In this document: positions 23,557 to 30,001 of the stretch, in pieces
Numbering within the stretch: position 1 is the stretch's first letter
Layout: the number at the start of each line of letters is the position of its first letter
Notes under the pieces: model-generated
Database searches by the model: none
What the model saw: only the letters and a program-made list of their open reading frames with translations
What the model was told of the DNA's origin: nothing
Assembly (NCBI GenBank): GCA_027326105.1
Contig: DAHWFB010000114.1
Coordinates: forward strand, 33,365 to 97,364
DNA: 64,000 nucleotides
DNA from: Acetobacteraceae bacterium
Lineage (GTDB): Bacteria > Pseudomonadota > Alphaproteobacteria > Acetobacterales > Acetobacteraceae
Direction of reading: 5' to 3'
Made by a program: the position numbers and the translations under genes

Positions 23557-25561
23557 CGCCCGCTCCCGTGCCCGCGCCGCTGCGCAACGCCTGCCGCCGT
23601 GCCGGCACGCCCGGCAACAGCCGCGGCTTCGGCGCCGCCACCCCCGCCGGCCGGCCCACCGCGGGCCCGTTCGGCACCGGCGCGTCCGCGGCCCCGGGCG
23701 GAATGGGGTTGCCCGGCCCGAGCGCGATCGCCCCCGGCGGCGCGGTAGGGTGCAGCGGCAGGGCGAGGGCGGCGGTGATCGCCTTCGCCTCCGTCGTCCC
23801 CGCCATCACCGGCATCACCCCGAGCATCGGGCCGATGCGGGCGATCACGTCCTGCACCGCCGGCCCGGCCACAAAGCCCCCGGTCGCGAAGCCGAAACTC
23901 TTCTTGTTGCCGATCGGGCTGTCCACCATGGCATAGACCACGTAGCGCGGCGCGTAGCCGGGAAAGACGCCGATGAACGAGGCGAGGTTGCTGTGCAGCC
24001 GGTAGCCGTTCTTGCCGATCTTCTGCGAAGTCCCGGTCTTGCCGCCGACGAAATATCCCGCCACGTGGACCAGGTTGCCGGTGCCCGAAAGCACCACGTC
24101 GCGCATCAGCTGGCGCATCACGCGCGAGGTCGATCGCTTCATCACCCGCCGCCCCCGCCGTGGCGGCGCGCCGGGCCGCGCCGCGAGCAGCGTCGGGCGA
24201 TAGAACACCCCGCCGTTGACCACAGCGACCGCCCCGGCGACCAGCTGGATCGGTGTCACCGCGATGCCGTTGCCGAAGGAGACCGTCATCACCGTGGCCT
24301 TGCCCCACTGCGCCCGGGTCTGCACCTCCGGCATCGCCGATTCGGGCAGCTCGATCCCGGCGCGGGTGAAGAAGCCGAGCTTGCGCAGCCACGCCCGCTC
24401 GCGGTCCCGCCCGAGAATGAGCCCGATGCGCGAGGCCCCGATGTTGGAGGAATAGGCGAGAATTTCGGGGACGTAGAGCCAGCGCGTCACGGGTTCGAAA
24501 TCGGTGATGGCAAAGCGGCCGAGGAAGATCGGATGGGTGGTGTTGAACTGGTCCCAGACATGGATCAGCCCGTGGTCGAGCGCGTTGGAAAGCGTCTGCA
24601 GCTTGAAGGTCGAACCGGGCTCGTAGTCGCCGGTGACGCAGCGGTCGAAATGCTGCGCCGGCTTGGCCAGGGCGAAGCGGTTGGCGTTGAAGTCGGGCAG
24701 GCTGACCAGCGCGAGCACGCGGCCCTGGCGCGCGTCCATCACGATCGCACAGCCGGCCTTGGCGTGGAACGTGGCGATCTGGCGGGCGAGCGCCTGGCGC
24801 ACGATCGCCTGTACCCGCACGTCGATCGAAAGCCGCAACGGGCGCGGGTCGCTCATCAGTCTTCGGTTGAACCATTTCTCCACCCCGGCGATGCCGTGTT
24901 CATCGACATCGACGCTGCCGAGAACATGCGCCGCCACCCGCCCTTCCGGGTAGTGCCGACGCTCGGTGGGGAGGAAATAGAGCCCCGGGATGCCGAGGCG
25001 GTTGATCGCCACTTCCTGCGTGCCGGTGATCTCGCGCGCGACATAGACGAAGGCGAGGCTGGACTCGAAGCGCCGGGTCAACGCCGCGACGTCGAGCCCG
25101 GGCAGGATGCGCCCGAGTGCCGCCGCCGCAGCGCGCCGGTCGATCATCTGGCGCGGGTCGGCGTAGAGCGCGGCCGAGGGCAGCGACACCGCGAGGATGG
25201 CACCGTTGGCATCCACGATGGCGGCCCGGCGCGCACGCGGCGCCGCCGCCGGCAGCGGGCGCGCCGGGCTGCGCTCGGCCACCGGGGGCAGGCGGGGATG
25301 GATCACCATCACCCAGGCGAGCCGCGCACCGACCGCGAGATAGAGTGCCAGAAATCCGAACGCCGCCAGCACCAGCCGCCCGCGTGCCCGCTCCAGGGCA
25401 GAGCGGCGGGCGAGGTCGGGCACGGTCACCCGCACCGTCTCGAGCCGCGGCTCGAGCCGCGGCTCCGCTCCCTCGCGCGGCGCGCCGACGCCGCGCGCCG
25501 GGGCGTCCGGCCGCGCCGCCGCGCGGGCGGGAACGAAGGGGTGGTCGTGCGGCGCGGTCAC
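23531..25561 (-). CDS. ftsI: Peptidoglycan D,D-transpeptidase FtsI (PBP3)
   Basis: It has a TM segment LVLAAFGFLALYLAVG and the SxxK motif GSTFK, together with SFGNG and KTGT. The start is ambiguous: GTG 25561 gives a GTGA overlap with the ftsL stop, and later GTGs lie at 25435, 25429 and 25423, just before the TM helix. Confidence 0.9.
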   Translation of the reverse strand: MTAPHDHPFVPARAAARPDAPARGVGAPREGAEPRLEPRLETVRVTVPDLARRSALERARGRLVLAAFGFLALYLAVGARLAWVMVIHPRLPPVAERSPARPLPAAAPRARRAAIVDANGAILAVSLPSAALYADPRQMIDRRAAAAALGRILPGLDVAALTRRFESSLAFVYVAREITGTQEVAINRLGIPGLYFLPTERRHYPEGRVAAHVLGSVDVDEHGIAGVEKWFNRRLMSDPRPLRLSIDVRVQAIVRQALARQIATFHAKAGCAIVMDARQGRVLALVSLPDFNANRFALAKPAQHFDRCVTGDYEPGSTFKLQTLSNALDHGLIHVWDQFNTTHPIFLGRFAITDFEPVTRWLYVPEILAYSSNIGASRIGLILGRDRERAWLRKLGFFTRAGIELPESAMPEVQTRAQWGKATVMTVSFGNGIAVTPIQLVAGAVAVVNGGVFYRPTLLAARPGAPPRRGRRVMKRSTSRVMRQLMRDVVLSGTGNLVHVAGYFVGGKTGTSQKIGKNGYRLHSNLASFIGVFPGYAPRYVVYAMVDSPIGNKKSFGFATGGFVAGPAVQDVIARIGPMLGVMPVMAGTTEAKAITAALALPLHPTAPPGAIALGPGNPIPPGAADAPVPNGPAVGRPAGVAAPKPRLLPGVPARRQALRSGAGTGAGGGQRVAAR
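25442..25465. repeat. Perfect 24-bp palindrome made of two tandem self-complementary 12-mers (GAGCCGCGGCTC)x2
   Basis: Read directly from the sequence. In the ftsI frame it encodes EPRL-EPRL, and it lies 7-19 nt upstream of three alternative GTG codons of ftsI. Confidence 0.9.
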
Positions 25562-26478
25562 GGCAGCCCCGCGGCGGCATGGGTCAGCGGCACCGGCGGC
25601 GCCAGCGTCACCGGCAGCAGCGCCGAACCGGCGGCGGGCGGCGCCGCTGGCGCGGGCACGGCCAGCGGGCGCACGGCGACCGGGCGTGTGGCCACCGGGC
25701 GTGTGGCCACCGGGGCCGCCACCACGGCCGGCGTCCGCACCGCGACCACCGGCGCCCCCACGAGCTTCGCCCGCGGCGCCGGCGGCAGCAGCGAAAGCGG
25801 TGCGGCCCCCGCAGCGGGCGTTGCCGCCGGCACCGCTGCCAGACGCGGGGCAACGGGTTGCGGAGCGGGCGGCCGAGCGGATGGCGCCAGGTTCACCGCC
25901 ACCGCCGCCGGCGCCGGCGGCGGACCTGCCGGCGCCGGCGGGCTCGTCGTCGTCACTGCGGCGAGAGCCCGCGCGGGTGCCGGCGTGGCGGCGGTAGTAG
26001 CCGGCGCGGCAGGCGCGGCGGCTACCCTGGCACGCCCCCCCGACGGGGCCGCAGCCAGGGTCGGCACCGGCGCCCCGTTGGCAGGAATCGTCGATCCGCC
26101 GGCCCCCGGGCTGCTCGCGAGCGTCGGCGCGGTCGCAACCGTCGCGGCAAGCGCCGGGCCGACCCCGCCAGCCCCCGGCGGCGGCGCGCTGCCCGGCGCC
26201 GGCAGCCGCGCGGCGAGCTGGCTCAGGGTGAGGAACTGCGTCGGCCCCATCGGCTTGAGATCGAGGAATTTCGTCGCCAGCCGTTGCAGCCGCAGGGGAT
26301 CGTTGAGCAGCGCCCATTCGGCCCGCAATTCCGCGGTGCGCGCCCGCGCCGCGTTCGCCGTGCGCACCGCCCGGTCGATCTCGTGGCGCAGCACCTGCGC
26401 CTGGTGCTTGGCCTGGAACAGATAGAATCCCGAGGCACAGGCCAGCGCTGCGGTGAGGAAGGTGACAGGGCGGATCAT
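25558..26478 (-). CDS. ftsL: Cell division protein FtsL-like, with a long Pro/Ala-rich C-terminal extension
   Basis: ATG 26478 forms an ATGA overlap with the rsmH stop. The product starts [37 protein letters not shown]..., a TM segment followed by a coiled-coil typical of FtsL, and the gene sits between rsmH and ftsI. About 200 further residues are low-complexity P/A/V-rich. Confidence 0.75.
   Translation of the reverse strand: MIRPVTFLTAALACASGFYLFQAKHQAQVLRHEIDRAVRTANAARARTAELRAEWALLNDPLRLQRLATKFLDLKPMGPTQFLTLSQLAARLPAPGSAPPPGAGGVGPALAATVATAPTLASSPGAGGSTIPANGAPVPTLAAAPSGGRARVAAAPAAPATTAATPAPARALAAVTTTSPPAPAGPPPAPAAVAVNLAPSARPPAPQPVAPRLAAVPAATPAAGAAPLSLLPPAPRAKLVGAPVVAVRTPAVVAAPVATRPVATRPVAVRPLAVPAPAAPPAAGSALLPVTLAPPVPLTHAAAGLP
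25679..25708. repeat. 15-bp tandem duplication ACCGGGCGTGTGGCC x2 (plus a partial third copy) inside the ftsL tail
   Basis: Read directly from the sequence. It encodes [10 protein letters not shown] on the minus strand. Confidence 0.9.
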
Positions 26479-27515
26479 GGCGCGCGTTCTCCTCGCCCGC
26501 CCGCTCCGAGTCGCGCCAGCCCCGGCGCCTCCGCCACCCGCGCCAGCGCCCGCAGCCGCGCCGAGCGGGCGCGCGGATTGGCCGTCGCCTCGGCGGGGCC
26601 GGGGCGCAGCGAGCGCGGCGTCAGCAGCGCGAAACCGCCGTCTCGTTCCCCCCCCGCGCCGGCGCCGAGCGCGCCCGGATCGTGGCGGGAGGGCGCGCCG
26701 CCTCGTCCCGCGCGTGCCGCCATGAAGCGCTTGACCAGTCGGTCTTCCAGCGAATGGAATGAAATCACCACCAGCCGCCCGCCCGGTGCGAGCAACCCCG
26801 CCGCCTGCTCGAGCCCGTGCCCGATCTCGCCCAACTCGTCGTTGACCAGGATGCGCAGCGCCTGAAAGCTCCGCGTGGCGGGGTCGATCCCGGACGCATC
26901 CCGCGGCACCACCCGGCGGATCACCCAGGCGAGCGCAGCGGTGGTGGTGAGCGGCGCCACCGCCCGCGCGGCGACGATCGCGCGCGCGATCGCCCGCGCC
27001 CGCCGCTCTTCCCCGAAGTCGGCCAGCATCGCAGCGAGCTCGCGCTCGCCGAGATGGTTGACGAGGTCGGCGGCACTCGGCCCGCGCGCTTCCATGCGCA
27101 TGTCGAGCGGGCCCTCCTCGCGGAAACTGAACCCCCGCGCCGCCTCGTCGATCTGGAAGGAGGACACGCCGAGATCGAGCAGCACCCCGTCGAGCGCGGC
27201 CACCCCCGCGGCGGCGAGCAGGGACGTCATGGCGCCGAAGCGGCCTTCGATCAGATGCAGCCGCCCGGAAAAGCGCGCGGCCAGCGCGGCGCCGCGGGCA
27301 ATCGCCGCCGGATCGCGGTCGATCGCCCACAGCGTGCAGGGCGCCGCGTCCAGGATCGCCGCGGCGTGGCCGCCGCCGCCGAAGGTGCCGTCGAGATAGG
27401 CCCCGCCCGCGCGTGGGGCGAGCAGGGCGAGCGCCTCGGTCAGCATCACCGGCACGTGCCCGGCAGGGGCCGTTCCGCCGCCGCCCGCAACCGCAAGCCT
27501 GGTTTCGCCGTTCAT
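26475..27515 (-). CDS. rsmH: 16S rRNA (cytosine1402-N4)-methyltransferase
   Basis: The internal ATG at 27515 forms an ATGA overlap with the mraZ stop. [10 protein letters not shown]...[14 protein letters not shown] is the RsmH/MraW signature. Confidence 0.95.
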   Translation of the reverse strand: MNGETRLAVAGGGGTAPAGHVPVMLTEALALLAPRAGGAYLDGTFGGGGHAAAILDAAPCTLWAIDRDPAAIARGAALAARFSGRLHLIEGRFGAMTSLLAAAGVAALDGVLLDLGVSSFQIDEAARGFSFREEGPLDMRMEARGPSAADLVNHLGERELAAMLADFGEERRARAIARAIVAARAVAPLTTTAALAWVIRRVVPRDASGIDPATRSFQALRILVNDELGEIGHGLEQAAGLLAPGGRLVVISFHSLEDRLVKRFMAARAGRGGAPSRHDPGALGAGAGGERDGGFALLTPRSLRPGPAEATANPRARSARLRALARVAEAPGLARLGAGGRGERAP

Positions 27516-27988
27516 GAGAACTGTGCCGGCAGGGTGCGCCCGCTCGCGCGGACCCGCGCCGGCGCCTCGAACAGCCAGCGCTCGCCCGCCTCCGGCTCCC
27601 ACAGGAAGAACCGCCGCCCCATGCCGATGAAGAACACCGCCTCGTCGATGCCGGCATGGGCGGCGAGCGGCGGCGGCAGCACGATGCGCCCCTCGCGGTC
27701 GGGCTCGACCGGGAAAGCGCCGCCGTAGAGCGCGGCGGCAAAATCGTCGTTGGCGTCGCTGAACAGGTCGAGCCGGTCGAAGCTGCTCGCCAGCCCATGG
27801 AAGATCGAGGCCGGCCAGGCTTCGAGACAGGGGTTCTGGTGGGAGGAGCGCAGCACCAGCGGCTCGGCGGTTCCGTCGCCGCGGCGCAATTCGTTGCGAA
27901 ACAGCGCCGGAATCGAGACCCGGCCCTTCGCATCGAGGCGGTTCCGCTGGTGGCCGATGAATTGGGGATGTCCGCTCGACTGGGTCAT
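27512..27988 (-). CDS. mraZ: Transcriptional regulator MraZ
   Basis: The internal ATG at 27988 opens a 158-aa product: [31 protein letters not shown].... It has the duplicated SpoVT/AbrB-like MraZ architecture and is the first gene of the dcw cluster. Confidence 0.9.
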   Translation of the reverse strand: MTQSSGHPQFIGHQRNRLDAKGRVSIPALFRNELRRGDGTAEPLVLRSSHQNPCLEAWPASIFHGLASSFDRLDLFSDANDDFAAALYGGAFPVEPDREGRIVLPPPLAAHAGIDEAVFFIGMGRRFFLWEPEAGERWLFEAPARVRASGRTLPAQFS

Positions 27989-28072
27989 CCGGCCTGGTCC
28001 GCTGCTCCCTGCTCTCTCGGCCCGTCCGAACGTCCGGCTCGCCTTGTGCCCGGGAGCCGGACTCCGGCGCCA

Positions 28073-28117
28073 TTGGGAGCAGATGGGATAACATGGGGAT
28101 TCATGGGCGTCAATGGA
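28073..28117 (-). promoter_or_regulatory. Predicted mraZ/dcw promoter overlapped by five 10-bp-phased TGGG-type repeats (MraZ operator candidate)
   Basis: On the plus strand the repeats are TTGGG 28073, ATGGG 28083, ATGGG 28093, ATGGG 28103 and ATGGA 28113. On the minus strand there is TTGACG (28113..28108), a 17-nt spacer, then TATCCC (28090..28085). The array lies about 95 nt upstream of the mraZ ATG. Confidence 0.6.
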
Positions 28118-28296
28118 ATTTGCCCGTCTCGTCTCCCCACCGGCAGGAAGAAACCGGCAAAACCCGAGCGCTGGGCAAGAACTCGCGGACGCGGGCGCAG
28201 ATCCCGTAAACCACCGGTAAATATTCGCGATTTGTTCTGATCGGTGACTGCAACGTTGCCACGGCCGCCCCAGCGGGTGCACCGGCAAGGGTGCGG

Positions 28297-28715
28297 AAGT
28301 GCCAGACGGCCTATAAGCCGGGTTCTGTCCGCGCCCGAAAGCGCGGGGCGACCATTCCTCTGGGGCGCGTGTTGCCACGCGCCTCGCGCGACCAACCCGG
28401 GCGGCGGGGCGGGACCGCCCTCGCGTCAGCCGGCGGGGGAACCCCGCGCGGCCCGCCGGCCGCCCCTATTCGGTCTTGCTCCCGGTGGGGTTTGCCGTGC
28501 CGTCCCCGTCGCCGGGGGCGCGGTGCGCTCTTGCCGCACCGTTTCACCCTTGCCCGCCACCCCGCATAGCCCCGGGGTCCGGGCGGGCGGTCTCTTCTCT
28601 GTGGCACTTTCCCTGGGGTCGCCCCCGCCGGCCGTTGGCCGGCACCGTGGTCCCGTGGAGCCCGGACTTTCCTCCACCGGCGTCGCCGCCGGCAGCGGCC
28701 GCCCGGCCGTCTGGC
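28297..28715 (-). ncRNA. rnpB: RNase P RNA, bacterial type A
   Basis: The minus strand carries the universally conserved blocks GGAGGAAAGUCCGGGCUCC, GGGUGAAACGGUGCGGCAAGAGCGCACC, GGAGCAAGACCGAAUAGGGG and ACAGAACCCGGCUUAUAGGCCGUCUGGC. The P1 helix pairs the 5' GCCAGACGGCC (28715..) with the 3' GGCCGUCUGGC (..28301). Ends are good to within a few nt. Confidence 0.95.
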
Positions 28716-28721
28716 GCGCGC

Positions 28722-28749
28722 ACCATAGGCCGCCGGGGCCCCAGGTCAA
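28722..28749 (-). promoter_or_regulatory. Sigma70-type promoter of rnpB
   Basis: On the minus strand TTGACC (28749..28744) is followed by a 16-nt spacer and TATGGT (28727..28722). The -10 ends 6-7 nt upstream of the P1 5' strand. Confidence 0.6.
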
Positions 28750-28824
28750 CCGCTCCGCCGTCCGGCTCTTGCGCAGCCGCCCCGGCTTTCGCATCTTCCC
28801 CGCAGCGGATGACAGGAGCCCACG

Positions 28825-29631
28825 ATGGACGGCGGAGCCGACGCCAAGCGCATCACGATCCACGGCCCCGAGGATTTCGCGCCCATGCGCGCCGCCGGCC
28901 GCCTCGCCGCGGAAACCCTCGACATGATCGCCCCCCGCGTCCGCGCCGGCGTCAGCACCGGGGAGCTTGACCGGATCTGCCACGAGTTCATCGTCGCTCA
29001 CGGCGCCATCCCGGCGCCGTTGAACTATCGCGGCTACCCGAAGTCCGTCTGCATCTCGATCAACCACGTCGTCTGTCACGGCATCCCCGGCGAGCGCCGC
29101 CTCGCCGAGGGGGACATCCTCAACATCGACGTCACCGTCATCCTGAACGGCTGGCACGGCGATACCAGCCGCATGTACGCGGTCGGCGCCATCGGCACCC
29201 GCGCGCGCCGGCTGATCGAGATCACCCACGAGGCGCTCGCCCGCGGCATCGCCGTGGTCCGCCCCGGCGCCGCGCTCGGCGATGTCGGCCACGCCATCCA
29301 GAGCCTGGTCGAGGGTGCGCGCTTCAGCGTGGTGCGTGATTTCTGCGGCCATGGCATCGGCCGGCGCTTCCACGAACCGCCCAACGTGCTGCATTTCGGC
29401 CGCCCCGGCGAAGGCCCTCTGCTGCGCCCGGGGATGTTCTTCACCATCGAGCCGATGGTCAACGCCGGCCGTCCGGAGGTGAAGGTGCTCGACGACGGCT
29501 GGACCGCGGTCACCCGCGACCGCAGCCTCTCCGCCCAGTTCGAACACATGGTCGGCGTGACCGCGGACGGATGCGAGGTCTTCACCCACTCCCCCGCGGG
29601 CCACACCACGCCGCCCTACCCCGCGAACTGA
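28825..29631 (+). CDS. map: Type I methionine aminopeptidase
   Basis: 268 aa containing LNYRGYPKSVCISINHVVCHGIP, DILNIDVT and GHGIG, which are the metal-ligand blocks of MetAP. AGGAG lies 6 nt upstream of the ATG. Confidence 0.95.
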   Translation: MDGGADAKRITIHGPEDFAPMRAAGRLAAETLDMIAPRVRAGVSTGELDRICHEFIVAHGAIPAPLNYRGYPKSVCISINHVVCHGIPGERRLAEGDILNIDVTVILNGWHGDTSRMYAVGAIGTRARRLIEITHEALARGIAVVRPGAALGDVGHAIQSLVEGARFSVVRDFCGHGIGRRFHEPPNVLHFGRPGEGPLLRPGMFFTIEPMVNAGRPEVKVLDDGWTAVTRDRSLSAQFEHMVGVTADGCEVFTHSPAGHTTPPYPAN

Positions 29632-29671
29632 TCGTTGGATCTGCCGACCAGACCGCGAACGGAGAACGGGC

Positions 29672-29962
29672 ATGGAAATCCGCCAGGACGTCGCGGTCCT
29701 CGTGGGCAGCCTGCGCAGGGACCCGATCAACCGCAAGATCGCACGGGCGCTGGCCGGACGTGCCCCGCCGGAACTCGCCCCTGGCATCGTCGAGATCGGC
29801 GCCCTGCCGCTCCACGGCCAGGACCGCGATGGCGCCCCGCCCGCCGAATGGATCACCTTCCGCGACCGCATCCCCGCCAACCACCATCTGCGCCACTCGC
29901 TCATGACCGCCTTCGCCGCCTGGATCGAAACCGTGGCACCGGCTCGCCGGTGTAGTTCATAA
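29672..29962 (+). pseudogene. Truncated NADPH-dependent FMN reductase-like ORF (probable internal-deletion remnant)
   Basis: The 96-aa product starts like the family (VAVLVGSLRRDPINRKIARAL...LPLHGQD...FRDRI). It lacks the central TPEYN flavin-binding block, and full-length members are about 180-190 aa. Confidence 0.4.
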
Positions 29963-29982
29963 ACATATCAACATATGTTTAT
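29959..29982. promoter_or_regulatory. Perfect AT-rich 10-4-10 inverted repeat ATAAACATAT-CAAC-ATATGTTTAT (candidate operator in front of adh)
   Basis: Read directly from the sequence. It overlaps the stop of the upstream ORF and ends 8 nt before the GGAGG of the adh gene. It is strikingly AT-rich for this genome. Confidence 0.5.
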
Positions 29983-30001
29983 CTCTTGATGGAGGTGCCC
30001 C

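Noticed and set aside
25442-25465. Alternating XhoI/SacII-like hexamers (CTCGAG CCGCGG CTCGAG CCGCGG), considered as a possible cloning linker or assembly artefact
   Set aside because: The flanks are continuous, in-frame ftsI/ftsL sequence with native codon usage, and there is no vector-like sequence around it. A slippage duplication of a self-complementary 12-mer explains it, so it is kept as a structural finding rather than an artefact.
25558-26200. Repetitive Pro/Ala-coding DNA, considered as a CRISPR-like or satellite array
   Set aside because: There are no regularly spaced identical repeats with unique spacers. Only one 15-bp duplication and biased composition are present, and the frame stays open and is coupled to neighbouring genes.
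23450-26425. 991-aa plus-strand ORF, and several other long ORFs, opposite or out of frame to ftsI and ftsL
   Set aside because: It is antisense to PBP3, which has the SxxK, SxN and KTG motifs. Its sequence is repetitive R/G/A/P with no domain features.
28244-28970. Several ORFs (227, 164, 98, 92 aa and others) across 28.24-28.97 kb
   Set aside because: The region is occupied by the RNase P RNA gene, whose conserved blocks are present on the minus strand, and by the map promoter. The ORFs are by-products of a GC-rich structured-RNA gene.
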